Positions 1 to 9,971 of a DNA stretch of 64,000 nt are shown in pieces. The stretch lies in NCBI GenBank assembly GCA_965226495.1, contig OZ245365.1, positions 5,184,001 through 5,248,000 on the forward strand, written 5' to 3'. Position 1 is the stretch's first letter. Every line of letters begins with the position of its first letter. The translations under genes and the position numbers were made by a program. A model generated the notes under the pieces. The model saw nothing but the letters and a program-made list of their open reading frames with translations. It was not told the origin of the DNA and did no database searches. The stretch comes from Candidatus Marinacidobacterales bacterium (lineage in GTDB: Bacteria > Acidobacteriota > Vicinamibacteria > Marinacidobacterales > DATDRI01).

Positions 1-1
1 G

Positions 2-1192
2 GTGCAGCGCCGCATCGCGATGGGGGCAGCTACGAGCCTCAAAAAGGAACTAACCGGCGAGGAAGAGATCGCATTAGCCACGCCCGAGTCCCGGAGCGTC
101 GACGCGTACGACTTCTACATGCAAGGCGCTCACATCCTTCAAGAGGGTGGTGAAGAGGCGACGAGCATCGCTTTCGAGTATTTCACTCGCGCCGTCGAGC
201 TCGATGCGAATTTGACAGAGGCCCATGTGGGTCTCGGTGCGGCGCACTTCGGGCGCTTCTTCTACGGTTGGGGAGGTCTGAATAGTCTAGATAATGCGGA
301 AGCGAGTTACGAGAAAGCTCTAGAGTTGAACGCTGAGTCCATGAGGGCTCGGAGAGGGCTCATTCAGGTCCGTTTTTCTAGAGGGCTCAGCGAGGGTTGC
401 CTGATTCAAGGTCAACTGGCGGCGCGGTCTGATCGGCCGAATGGCGTGGAAGCCCTCCTGGCCCGGGCCGACGCGTACGCCTACGGCGGCTTGCCGGATC
501 GGGCGCAGCCGCTCTATCGGCGGGTCATCGAAATGGACCCCCTCAACCAAGCCGCCCACTGGCAGCTTTTTCTGGCCTTCTTGGTAACCGGAGAGTTCGA
601 AGAGAGCATCGAAGCCGGCAATACCTACCTTCGCCGATTCGGTGATGACGCGATGGTTCACACTCATGTTGCCGTCTCCCATCAGATCTTGGCCAGCGGC
701 AACCGTGCCCTCGAGCACTACGAGAAGGCACTGGAATTCACATCGACTCATTTTCTTACCCTTTACTATGGCGGGCTCTTCTTCGAGAAGGTGGGAGAGC
801 ACGACCGTGCGGAGGAAGTTTGGCAGCGGGGCGTGAAGCTTTTCGAGGCCGACCTTGAGCTCCACCCAGATCATGCTCTGTTGCGCTTTGTACTGGCGAG
901 TCTCTACGGTCTCCTCGGCGAGCACGAGTCGGCCTTGACCGAGGAAGAACAAGCCTTAACAGGGAATGTGAGTGGCATCGGCCTCCCCATGCTCGCGGCA
1001 GTGCGAGCGAAACAAGGGGAAGCGGATCGGGCGGCCGAGCTGCTTCGGCACGCGTTGCGGCAGGGTGGATTGCCATATTTGTGGAAGTTATTTTTTCAGG
1101 CCGCCTCTGTGCCTCCTCCGCAGTCCGCCGCTTTTGATCAATTCCTTCAGGAATACGAAGCGGAAGAACAGCGGCTTCGGGAGCTCTACTAG
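2..1192 (+). CDS. C-terminal part of a TPR-repeat protein, probably a Ser/Thr kinase-TPR paralogue (5' end outside window)
   Basis: Colinear with the C-terminal half of 1195..3681 (QRRIAxGAA, AYDFYxQGAHILQEGG, FDQFxxEYEAExQRLRExY); TPR-like helical repeats. Confidence 0.85.
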   Translation: MQRRIAMGAATSLKKELTGEEEIALATPESRSVDAYDFYMQGAHILQEGGEEATSIAFEYFTRAVELDANLTEAHVGLGAAHFGRFFYGWGGLNSLDNAEASYEKALELNAESMRARRGLIQVRFSRGLSEGCLIQGQLAARSDRPNGVEALLARADAYAYGGLPDRAQPLYRRVIEMDPLNQAAHWQLFLAFLVTGEFEESIEAGNTYLRRFGDDAMVHTHVAVSHQILASGNRALEHYEKALEFTSTHFLTLYYGGLFFEKVGEHDRAEEVWQRGVKLFEADLELHPDHALLRFVLASLYGLLGEHESALTEEEQALTGNVSGIGLPMLAAVRAKQGEADRAAELLRHALRQGGLPYLWKLFFQAASVPPPQSAAFDQFLQEYEAEEQRLRELY

Positions 1193-1194
1193 GA

Positions 1195-3681
1195 ATGCCG
1201 GGCGAAACTTTCTCCCACTACCAGGTCCGGGAGAAGATCGGCCACGGCGGCATGGGAGAGGTGCACCTCGCCCACGACACGTCCTTAGATCGTCGGGTCG
1301 CCCTCAAGTTCCTGCCCGAAAGCCTTCAGCATAACGAAACCGCGAAGAGACGCTTCCTGAGAGAGGCGAAATCCGCCGCCGCGTTAGACCATCCCTACAT
1401 TTGCAAGATCTATGAGATCGGAGAGGCCGAGGGAAAGTCCTTCATTGCCATGGAGTATGTCCGTGGCCAGACCTTGGAGCAGAAGCTTGCCAAGGGAACC
1501 TTGCCGCTCGACCAAACGATCCGCATCACCTCCGAGATTGCCGAAGCACTCGAGACGGCGCATCAAGAAGGCATCGTCCATCGGGATCTCAAACCCTCCA
1601 ACATCATGCTCACGGAGGGCGGTCATGCGAAGGTCATGGATTTCGGACTCGCTAAGCGAGTGGCTTCCGCAGAGGGCGTGGATAGTCAATTTGAAACCAC
1701 ACCCCAGCTGACGGACAAGGGCTCGACGCTGGGGACGCTGGCTTACATGTCACCCGAGCAGCTGCGAGGCGAATCCGTCGATACTCGCTCAGACATCTTT
1801 TCCTTTGGCCTGGTGTTTTACGAGATGCTGGCGGGAACTCATCCCTTTAGTAAGGCCACGACGATGGACACTACGGCCGGGATCTTGAATCAGGAACCGG
1901 AGCCGATCTCCCGATACCGGCAGGACGTTCCGGAGCACCTGGTGCTTATTGTGCAGAAGATGCTGGCCAAAGGCTCCGGCGAGAGATACCAGCTCGTTCA
2001 CGACGTGCGGACGGACCTCGGGCGCGTTCGACAGAAAGCCGTTCCAGAGCGCGCTCGGCGACTGCAGCTCGGGTTGGGGGGCGTCGCAGCTCTTGCTCTT
2101 TTGGTGGCGACGGTCTGGTGGAGCGCTTCAACGTGGGCACCCACTTCGGATCCGCAGGTCACGTCGGTGGCAGTCCTGCCATTAGAGAATCTCAGCGAGG
2201 ATGCGCTCGAGACCGACTACCTAGCCGAAGGCATCAGCCGCGCCGTCATCACGAAGTTGGTTCAGGCCGGACTCCGGGTCACCCCCTGGGAGACGGTCCG
2301 GCGGTTTGCACACAGCGGCGACCCTCCGGAGAAGATTGCCAAGGAATTGAACGTCAACAACGTACTCGTCGGGACCTTCGAGCTCGTCGATGACCGCATT
2401 GTGACGACCCTTTCTTTGATGGAATCGGACGGCCTCCTCTCTTGGGCGGATGAGTTCGAGGAGCCTTATGAGGACATCTTCCGAGTCCAGAGACGCATCG
2501 CTGTGGGAGCAGCCAGGAGCCTGAAGAAGAAGCTAACCGGTGAGGAAGAAAAAGCGCTCGATGAGCCGGAGTCCCATAGCGTCGAGGCCTACGACTTCTA
2601 CTTGCAAGGTGCCCATATCCTGCAGGAAGGAGGCCAAGAAGCCACGAACATCGCGTTCGAGTATTTCACTCGCGCCGCTGAGCTGGACCCGAACCTGGCA
2701 GATGCCTTTGTGGGCCTCGGTGCGGTGCATACCGATCGCTACCTCTACGGGTGGGGAGGTCTGAGTAGCCTGACTCAGGCGGAGGCGAGCTACAAACGGG
2801 CCATCCAGTTGAACCAAGCGTCCATGCGGGCCCACAGGGGTCTAACTTATGTGAATTTTCTTTCGGGACGCACCGAGGCTCAACTCATTCAAGCTCGCGA
2901 GGCGGCTCGGCTCGGTCGACCGGATGACGTGGAAACACTTTTGACCCGAGCCCGGGGCTACTTACTCGGCCCAATGGGTGAACGAGCGTCGTCTCTTTAT
3001 CGCCGGGCCATCGAGCTCGATCCAGTCAATGCAGAAGCGCACGCCTATCTCACTATCAACACATGGGCAACCGAGCCCGAGCGGACAGTTGAAGCTGGCA
3101 AAGAGTTTTTCCGGCTGTTTGGTGACTACCATGAAGTTCATAACTATGTCGCCTATTCCTATCAATTGCTAGGCAACCATGAGCGCGCTCGCGAGCACTA
3201 CGAGAAAGCAATCAAGAGCTCACCTTCGGGGGACCCGAACCTCGAGTCGCTCCTGTTCAGAGGCATTTTGATGGATCAGCTTGGAGACCGTGCGCAAGCC
3301 GAAAAAGCTTGGTGGGCGGGAGTCGAGTCGGTGACGGCCAAACTGGAAGCGTACCCCGACAATGCCGGCATGCGCCTGTTGCTAGCGTGTTTCTATGGCC
3401 TGCTGGGTGAGCAGGCTTCCTCCCTAGCCGAGGAAGAACGAGCACTGGCCTCCAACGTCAGCGGCTATGCGTGGTACTACCTCGCGGCGGTCCGGGCAAG
3501 GCTGGGGGACACCGAGCGTGCCATTGAGCTGCTGCGGCGCGTCGTGCGACGAGGTCGCATCGAGCCGTTGTGGGAACCCTTTCTTCGACGAGCTTTCGCG
3601 CCTCCTATGAGATCGGAAGCGTTCGACCAATTTGTCAAGGAATACGAGGCAGAAGCGCAGCGGCTTCGGGAGAAATATTGA
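1195..3681 (+). CDS. Hanks-type Ser/Thr protein kinase with TM helix, TolB-N-like domain and TPR repeats
   Basis: GHGGMGEV, VALKFL, HRDLKPSN, DFG, YMSPE; hydrophobic segment; SVAVLPLENLS; TPRs. Confidence 0.95.
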   Translation: MPGETFSHYQVREKIGHGGMGEVHLAHDTSLDRRVALKFLPESLQHNETAKRRFLREAKSAAALDHPYICKIYEIGEAEGKSFIAMEYVRGQTLEQKLAKGTLPLDQTIRITSEIAEALETAHQEGIVHRDLKPSNIMLTEGGHAKVMDFGLAKRVASAEGVDSQFETTPQLTDKGSTLGTLAYMSPEQLRGESVDTRSDIFSFGLVFYEMLAGTHPFSKATTMDTTAGILNQEPEPISRYRQDVPEHLVLIVQKMLAKGSGERYQLVHDVRTDLGRVRQKAVPERARRLQLGLGGVAALALLVATVWWSASTWAPTSDPQVTSVAVLPLENLSEDALETDYLAEGISRAVITKLVQAGLRVTPWETVRRFAHSGDPPEKIAKELNVNNVLVGTFELVDDRIVTTLSLMESDGLLSWADEFEEPYEDIFRVQRRIAVGAARSLKKKLTGEEEKALDEPESHSVEAYDFYLQGAHILQEGGQEATNIAFEYFTRAAELDPNLADAFVGLGAVHTDRYLYGWGGLSSLTQAEASYKRAIQLNQASMRAHRGLTYVNFLSGRTEAQLIQAREAARLGRPDDVETLLTRARGYLLGPMGERASSLYRRAIELDPVNAEAHAYLTINTWATEPERTVEAGKEFFRLFGDYHEVHNYVAYSYQLLGNHERAREHYEKAIKSSPSGDPNLESLLFRGILMDQLGDRAQAEKAWWAGVESVTAKLEAYPDNAGMRLLLACFYGLLGEQASSLAEEERALASNVSGYAWYYLAAVRARLGDTERAIELLRRVVRRGRIEPLWEPFLRRAFAPPMRSEAFDQFVKEYEAEAQRLREKY

Positions 3682-3903
3682 CGGGTGGATCCCGTCGGCC
3701 ACTCGTCATTATTCACCACGCCTGGCGGCATATACCACCATCTTCTGGTGGATTATGACAGTTCCTCCAATGACCGCGTGCTCGGCGACCTGATGCTTCT
3801 CGTGACAGGGGCGTTAGTTAGAGGTATCCTGGAAGTCTAGAGCCTGCAAGCGATCGCGCGTCTACCGCGAAGCGGGCATACGGTTCCCAAGGATTGCAGC
3901 AAG

Positions 3904-4380
3904 ATGGATTTCGATGAAGTCATGAAAGTCCTGGCACTTCGAGAAGGAGAAGCTTGATTATGTCCTCGTCGGTGGAGTGGCGCTCAATTTCCATGGGATT
4001 GCTAGAGCAACCGAAGACATTGATCTCTTCGTCCGGCCGGATTCGGACAACATAGAACGGCTGCGAAGAGCTCTGAAGCAACTCTATGACGACCCGAGCA
4101 TCGACGAAATCAGCGTCGACGATCTAACTGGCGATTACCCCACCATTCGTTATGTTCCTCCCCACGGAGAACTCTTCCTGGACATCATCGTCCGGCCCGG
4201 GGAGTTCGCGGACTATGCCGATCTAGAAATTGAACACATCGACGTTCAGGGAGTGAAGGTCAGGGTTGCGTCTCCCCAGACTCTATACTGGCTCAAGAAG
4301 GAAACGCTCCGGGCGATCGAGCAGACGCCGAGGCACTGAGTGAGAAATTCGATCTTAGCGGGAAGCGCAAGAAAGAATGA
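3904..4380 (+). pseudogene. Minimal nucleotidyltransferase-family protein with two apparent frameshifts
   Basis: MDFDEVMKVLA shifts near 3936 to FEKEKLDYVLVGGVALNFHGIARATEDIDL (GG...RxTxDxD motif); second shift near 4320 to ADAEALSEKFDL...TGA. Confidence 0.75.
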
Positions 4381-4392
4381 TGAGGAAACCGA

Positions 4393-4656
4393 ATGCCGGT
4401 GACGAAATTTCGGACGTTTGAAGAAGCCCGTCGGGCCTTGTGGTGCGATCGCCTCGATGAGAGCTACTTCGCTAGGGTGGCTGGGCTATGGGCGTTTTCA
4501 CACCGCTTACACCCTAGAGCGTTTCCCCCTGGGGTCTTCAAGTATAGACAGCTTGGAGACGCCCAGAGGGAGAGGGAACGATGGATCACGGAAAACGTTC
4601 GGCGACTTCGCCAGCAACGCATCGCGAACGGAGAGTGTAAGCCGGTAACGAAGTGA
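4393..4656 (+). CDS. Small hypothetical protein, putative partner of the nucleotidyltransferase
   Basis: 87 aa, GAGG RBS, MPVTKFRTFEEARRALW...FPPGVFKYR; 12 nt after the upstream stop. Confidence 0.7.
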   Translation: MPVTKFRTFEEARRALWCDRLDESYFARVAGLWAFSHRLHPRAFPPGVFKYRQLGDAQRERERWITENVRRLRQQRIANGECKPVTK

Positions 4657-4671
4657 GGATGGGCCCTGAGA

Positions 4672-5961
4672 TCAGAGCCCGTTGAGGATCTCCGCGGTCA
4701 GCTTCTCGAACTGCGCGATCGCTTCTTGATGAGCGTCCCCGGTTGCGGGGCCGGAGAAGCCGCCGTAGATGGCGTGGACGGTGCCGTCTCGATTCAGAAA
4801 GACTGTAACCGGAACGCCTTCAATAGGCCCGAGCTCAGAGAGTCCGTCAACCGCCAGATTCTCGAGCGTCCCATCGGCGAGGACGATATCCCATTCGATG
4901 CCGTGCCGGTCCTTGAACTCCTGAACGCGACGCTCCTTGTATTCCTGATTGTCGCTGTATTCGAAGGCCAGACCCAGAATCTCGAGGCCCGATGCCCGAT
5001 GCTTTTCATAGAGCTCCACGAGCAGCGGCGCGTGATCGTTGCAATTTGGGCACCACGTTCCGAAGATCTCCAAGATGACGGGCTTCCCTGTATATTTCTC
5101 ATTCTGTAAGGCTGCGGTGTCGAGTCGCGTTTCGCCGGGCTTGAACGCGATGCGGCCGAGGGGATCGGGCAGCTCGAAATCGTCGTCACGCTCGGCGACG
5201 AATTCCTCCCATGAATAGGAAGTGACCCACTCCCCTTCCATCGTCCCATCGGGCTTTATCTCCCCGGCAAGCCGGAACGCGTGCTGGCCATCGAACGTCG
5301 ACAGGTACAAGCGAGTCCCTCGCAAGTTGCCGGCGAGGAAACGGACGTCGCCATACTGAGATGGCACCTCGAGCGTTCCCGTGACCACCCCGGACGCGTC
5401 TTGCTCGAAGAGACCCTTGGCCACTCCGTACTTGTCGAATTCCGCCCGCCAGGTGCCCGTGACATCGACCGACGCTTGGCCGGCCTCCGGCTCATCCGGC
5501 TCCATCGGGAAACGTTCCAGGGGATTCGGCTCGGAGATGGGACGCGCTTTTAGCCCCATGACAGGCTCCATCCCGGCGCTAGGCAGCTCTCGGCACCAGT
5601 GCCCGGTCAGTGTGCCGTCCGGCCTGAACCAGGCCTCGATCTGGGTCCCGTAGACAGGAAAGTCAACGACGAAGCCGATGGGACTGCGGCGGCAATCGGC
5701 CCGGAGGCGCTCCTCCCCATTGACGATAGTGGCGTCTTCGTTCTCGCAATCATTGGGAACCTCGAGGAAAAAGGGAAACTGGTCGCCTTCCTCGGTTGCC
5801 AGGTGCGCGTGATACCACTGCGCGCCGTTCGCCTTGGGGTCAGTCGTCTTGCCGCAGCCCCCGATTGCAAGGAGGAGTCCCGCACTCACGAGCGCACGCG
5901 TCAGGTGTCTTGGATAGACGTTGACTTGCGTGTCGAGCACCGTTACCTCCTGCGAGAACAC
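4672..5961 (-). CDS. TlpA-family disulfide reductase, probable lipoprotein
   Basis: C-terminal thioredoxin fold GTWCPNC; lipobox-like LAIGGC. Confidence 0.85.
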   Translation of the reverse strand: MFSQEVTVLDTQVNVYPRHLTRALVSAGLLLAIGGCGKTTDPKANGAQWYHAHLATEEGDQFPFFLEVPNDCENEDATIVNGEERLRADCRRSPIGFVVDFPVYGTQIEAWFRPDGTLTGHWCRELPSAGMEPVMGLKARPISEPNPLERFPMEPDEPEAGQASVDVTGTWRAEFDKYGVAKGLFEQDASGVVTGTLEVPSQYGDVRFLAGNLRGTRLYLSTFDGQHAFRLAGEIKPDGTMEGEWVTSYSWEEFVAERDDDFELPDPLGRIAFKPGETRLDTAALQNEKYTGKPVILEIFGTWCPNCNDHAPLLVELYEKHRASGLEILGLAFEYSDNQEYKERRVQEFKDRHGIEWDIVLADGTLENLAVDGLSELGPIEGVPVTVFLNRDGTVHAIYGGFSGPATGDAHQEAIAQFEKLTAEILNGL

Positions 5962-5964
5962 TTC

Positions 5965-6477
5965 TTAGGGCCGAACGGACTTTCGGGCCTTCTCGATGGC
6001 GGCGAGAATCTTCGGAGACGTCGTCGGAAGCTTCAGCACAATTCCCCACTCTTTTCTCGCCGCGGAATATACGCTGCGGGTCGGAAACTTGAGAATGGGC
6101 AGCACCGCGGCGTCCGGCGCTAGAGATGCCATGTCGCTTTGGAGGTTTCCGGCTTGCTCGATCCACACCAAGAGCACATCGTAGTCGCCGTTCTTCGCGG
6201 CGGCTAGAAACGTGTCCGCATCGAAAGCTACCTCAAGGGTATGACCCACTTGTTCGAAAAAATTCGCGCCATCCGGATCCCACCGCTCATCCTCTGGTGT
6301 ATTCTCATCTTGTTGGTAGTACCAGAGTATGTTGGTCGGCTTGATGCTCGCCAGGATGCGCTGATAGCGAGCACCCTTGCCGCTGACCAGGAACTTGGAG
6401 CCGCAGGCTTTAACCAGAACGTCGCTCAGACCTATTGTGACTCCCGAGACAACCAAAAATAGAAGTAGCTTTTTCAT
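5965..6477 (-). CDS. Hypothetical exported protein
   Basis: AGGAGG RBS, MKKLLLFLVV signal peptide, 3 nt from next gene. Confidence 0.75.
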   Translation of the reverse strand: MKKLLLFLVVSGVTIGLSDVLVKACGSKFLVSGKGARYQRILASIKPTNILWYYQQDENTPEDERWDPDGANFFEQVGHTLEVAFDADTFLAAAKNGDYDVLLVWIEQAGNLQSDMASLAPDAAVLPILKFPTRSVYSAARKEWGIVLKLPTTSPKILAAIEKARKSVRP

Positions 6478-6506
6478 ACTATCCTCCTAGGACGACTCCT
6501 CATCCA

Positions 6507-6524
6507 CCTACTCTGCCTCCGGTT
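6507..6524 (+). repeat. 18-bp inverted repeat, left copy (cctactctgcctccggtt)
   Basis: Exact reverse complement of 7361..7378. Confidence 0.9.
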
Positions 6525-6744
6525 CATCTGATCTTTCCGCGGGGAGGAAGTCTTCTGGCGGTGCCCTTCGATGTCGAGCGGCTCGAGATCACGGGCGAAC
6601 CGGTTCCAGTGCTGGAAGGGTTGATAGGCCTGTTGCCGGATTTCGCGATCTCCGACAACGGAACCCTCGTCTACGTCCCGGGAAGCGGCGAGCCGGGTAA
6701 CAGACTCGTCTGGGTGGATAGGACAGGAGAAACTCAGCCGGTCA
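6525..6744 (+). pseudogene. Inverted internal fragment of the kinase/PD40 gene starting at 8960
   Basis: HLIFPRGGSLLAVPFDVERLEITGEPVPVLEG...LVWVDRTGETQPV aligns to HLVFAQGGRLLAAPFNTKRLEVTGPSVPVLEG of the intact paralogue 11789..14671. Confidence 0.85.
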
Positions 6745-6814
6745 GGGCCTCGGGGCTGCCGTTCTTCCAAGCCACGAGAAGCCCGGTGACCTCGCCCGGT
6801 TTCGAATCGACCAT
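6734..6814 (-). pseudogene. N-terminal remnant of an ECF sigma factor (kinase-associated type)
   Basis: MVDSKPGEVTGLLVAWKNGSPEAL matches the typical evTxLLxaWxxGdxxAL start. Confidence 0.65.
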
Positions 6815-6941
6815 TGACCGCCCCCGAAAACTCCCTTGTTTTCTACCACGTGGGGGATCGGTCGGCAAATCCAGGAAAAGCGAAGTGTTGGTGAGCCGAT
6901 TTCTGGCTATTCTCGCCCATCGGCCCATCCGGAGGTGCAAG

Positions 6942-7022
6942 ATGGATTCTCGACGGGTTCTACCCCTTCTTTTTGTCGCCCTAGTCCTTTTGATTCCCGC
7001 CAACGCACAGGCTCAAGCCTAG
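6942..7022 (+). pseudogene. Signal-peptide remnant of an exported protein
   Basis: GGAGG RBS then MDSRRVLPLLFVALVLLIPANAQAQA-stop; plausible continuation lies inverted at 7276..7361. Confidence 0.6.
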
Positions 7023-7038
7023 CCGGACGCGACGATAC

Positions 7039-7275
7039 TTAAAAGAAAACCCGGGCCTCGCCTTTCTCCGCGATGAGCTTCTCGACGTGGGACAGGAGGA
7101 AGTCCCGGCGCTCCAGGATCGCCTTGATCTGGCCTCCCATGAGGGTCCCCTTGAAGTTTGCGTCCAGCGTCTCGCGATCGAAGGTCTTGAGCTTCTCCAC
7201 GAGCTCGCGATCGTACTGATTGGGCAGCTTCTTCTCGTTCTTGAGCATCTTCTTGCTCGAGGCGAACGCGCGGGA
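7039..7275 (-). pseudogene. C-terminal remnant of an unidentified protein
   Basis: SRAFASSKKMLKNEKKLP...QIKAILERRDFLLSHVEKLIAEKGEARVFF-stop; protein-like composition, no proper start. Confidence 0.55.
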
Positions 7276-7361
7276 AGGACGCTGTCCGAGAACAGATGGT
7301 CACCTGCGTCGAGATACTGGTAACTGAGCGAGAGGAAGGCCTCTCCTTTGGGAGTCGCCCA
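7276..7361 (-). pseudogene. Fragment resembling the mature N-terminus of an outer-membrane protein
   Basis: WATPKGEAFLSLSYQYLDAGDHLFSD fused in frame to the broken kinase; not kinase-like. Confidence 0.5.
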
Positions 7362-7378
7362 ACCGGAGGCAGAGTAGG
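7361..7378 (-). repeat. 18-bp inverted repeat, right copy
   Basis: aaccggaggcagagtagg, reverse complement of 6507..6524; coincides with the kinase breakpoint (YSASG). Confidence 0.9.
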
Positions 7379-8960
7379 CCGCACTATTTGTTCGCTCGAT
7401 GAGAGGTCGAAACTTGCCGGTGTCCAAGGCGACCACTCCGATCGTGAGGTCCTCGCCGAGAAGAGAAGACGCGTGAGGAGGCCGCATTACGATGAGAAGG
7501 GCCTTGCCGCCCGGGAGGAGTGCGCGCGGAAAGTGGGAGCCCTCTTCTGGCGTCGTAACGGTCTGAGGTTGGCCCCCGGCCGCAGAGACGGACAAGATCC
7601 CGGGCCCGGCCCGAAAGGATCGGAAGTAGATCCGACCATCGCTACCCCAGGTGGCGCCGGGCGTCCGGGGCGCGTCGCACAGCGTCACCGGTGCGCCACC
7701 CGCTACCGATACCTTCTTGAGCTTGTCATCGGCAATGAATCCGATCCACTGCCCATCCGGCGAGAAGAAGGGACGGACGCCACCGTCCGTCCCCTCTAGC
7801 GGTTTGGTGTCGAGCCGATCCATGGAGCGCAGGAAAATTTGTGAGGTGCCATCCACCTGACCGGCTAGGGCGAGGCGCGAGCCGTCTGGCGAGACGGCCA
7901 CTCGCCCGAACGCCCCCGGAAGAGGTGGGGTCGCGAGACGCAGTCTCGTCACCGTTCCCGAAGGGGGCGGGCCGGCCCGCATCCAGCCCCACATACCGAC
8001 GCTTGTGGCGAGGATGGCCAAGGCTCCAGCCGCGATCCACGGGGCGGTTCGACGCCAGCCAGGACTGGTGCTCGCGGCGCGAGCCGCGCTCGGCGCGACC
8101 GCCGGCTCACCGAGAGCCTCTTCGAGCTCCACCCGCACATCCCACGCATCGCGAAAGCGTCGACGAGGATCTTTTTGGAGACAGCGTTCGAGAAGCCGGC
8201 GGATGCTTCTTGGTGTTTCCTTGGGGAGCGCAAGCCAATCGGGGTCCTGTCTCAGGACAGAGGCTAATGTGTCAGAGAGCGTATTCCCCTGGAAGGTCAC
8301 GTGGCCAGTGAGGGTTTCATAGAGACAGCATCCGAAGGCCCAGATGTCGGTCCTTTTGTCGACCGTCTTGCCTCGGGCTTGCTCGGGGCTCATGTAGCCG
8401 GCCGTCCCCAAGATCACACCTGCTTCCGTTGCGGCTCCGGTGACCGTCGGTGACTCGGACGAATCTCCCGAGGGTGTGCCCTCAGTCGCCTTCGCCAGAC
8501 CGAAATCCAACACCTTGACCTTCTCGTCTGGAGTCAGCTTAATGTTGGCAGGCTTCAAGTCCCGATGAATGACGTCTTTCTCATGTGCGGCTTCGAGCGC
8601 CTCGGCAATCTGCATGAATAGAGGTAGCGCCTCCTCGACAGGGATGGCTGATTGCTTGATGCGTTCGGCCAGAGTCTCACCGGGAACGAGCTCCATCACC
8701 AGGAAACGCAAGTTGCCCGATTGCTCGAGTCCATGGAGGGTCGCGATGTTGGGGTGATTCAGGGAAGCCAGGAGACGCGCTTCCCGCTCGAAGCGAGCGA
8801 GACGTTCGGCGTCTTCGGAGAAGGCTTCGGGAAGGACTTTGATCGCGACTTCGCGCCCGAGCTTGGTGTCCTGCGCGCGATAGACCTCGCCCATTCCACC
8901 CGCCCCGAGTGGAGACAGGATCTCGTAGGATTCCAGGTGGTCTCCGGGACTGATGGACAT
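7362..8960 (-). pseudogene. Ser/Thr kinase with PD40/TolB-like beta-propeller, broken mid-propeller
   Basis: GAGGMGEV, HRDLKPAN, DFG, YMSPE, TM, SPDG repeats; similarity to 11789..14671 stops at YSASG; frame runs on through foreign sequence to 6981. Confidence 0.85.
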
Positions 8961-8980
8961 GAGCTGGCCCTTCGGAGACG

Positions 8981-9010
8981 AAACTACTCCTCGTCAGTCC
9001 GAAAAGTCAA
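8981..9010 (-). promoter_or_regulatory. Putative sigma70-type promoter of kinase gene
   Basis: TTGACT-N18-TAGTTT; same arrangement upstream of the paralogue at 14682..14711. Confidence 0.55.
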
Positions 9011-9350
9011 AGGCTTGTTAGAAGGTGAAGCGGGGTGCAGGGGAAACAGAAAAAATCCCAAATCGAGGGAGGGACCGGCCGAAAAACTTCGTCTTATATG
9101 AGTAGGACCTCAGAACCTGTCCCGATGCCGTGAACGGGTGGTTGGTGGATCTGGGAGGTCTTCGCGTCTCGGGCAACCAAGCCTTGCGAGAGCCAAGCAA
9201 GCTAGAGGGTTGCGCTGCCGCGGGAGAGTCGTCGGTTTACGGAACGTTTTGAGTGAAACCGACCTCGTTGAAGCGGGAACCCGACGTGATCAGATTTGAT
9301 CAGGTTGTGGAGAGCGGGGCGCAAGCCATCACGTGCCAGTATAGTCCACA

Positions 9351-9905
9351 GTGCCTGCGATGCCGAAGAAAAAGACCTCACCCAGTGGCGCCCTCACAAT
9401 TCCGCCGCAGCTCATAGAACGCCGCATCTACCTCATCCGGGGCGAGAAAGTGATGCTTGATGAGGACCTAGCGCGAATGTACCGCGTGCCCACGAAACGG
9501 CTCAACGAGCAAGTCACCAGGAACATCAAACGTTTTCCTGAGGACTTCATGTTCCAACTGAGCGGCGGTGAAGCGGCGGTTTTGAGGTCGCAAATTGCGA
9601 CCTCAAAGGGCCGTGGCGGACGACGCTATCTGCCCCGCGCCTTCACCGAACAGGGCGTTGCCATGCTGTCGAGCGTTCTCCGAAGCGAGCGCGCGGTCCA
9701 GGTGAATATCGCTATCGTGCGAGCCTTCGTGCGGTTACGCCAGCTGCTGGCGACCCACAAGAACCTTGCAAGGAAAATCGAAACCCTCGAGCGAAAGGAC
9801 GCGGAGCATGACGCCAAGTTCCGCGTCGTCTTTGATGCCATCCGCGAGCTCATGAAGCCGCCGCCACCGGCGCCGCGCATCGGTTTCAAGGGTCGCAAAA
9901 GGTAA
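9351..9905 (+). CDS. ORF6N-domain DNA-binding protein
   Basis: IYLIRGEKVMLDEDLARMY, RNIKRFPEDFMFQL, AFTEQGVAMLSSVLRS, terminal RIGF. Confidence 0.92.
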   Translation: MPAMPKKKTSPSGALTIPPQLIERRIYLIRGEKVMLDEDLARMYRVPTKRLNEQVTRNIKRFPEDFMFQLSGGEAAVLRSQIATSKGRGGRRYLPRAFTEQGVAMLSSVLRSERAVQVNIAIVRAFVRLRQLLATHKNLARKIETLERKDAEHDAKFRVVFDAIRELMKPPPPAPRIGFKGRKR

Positions 9906-9971
9906 TCTCGCCCGCCACGACCTGCGTTCGAAGCTAATTTCGGTTCGGTTGAAGAGTCAAAGGCCCGTCGA

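Noticed and set aside
6561-7022. 153-aa ORF as a real gene
   Set aside because: Accidental read-through of a kinase fragment, antisense ECF sequence, intergenic DNA and a signal peptide
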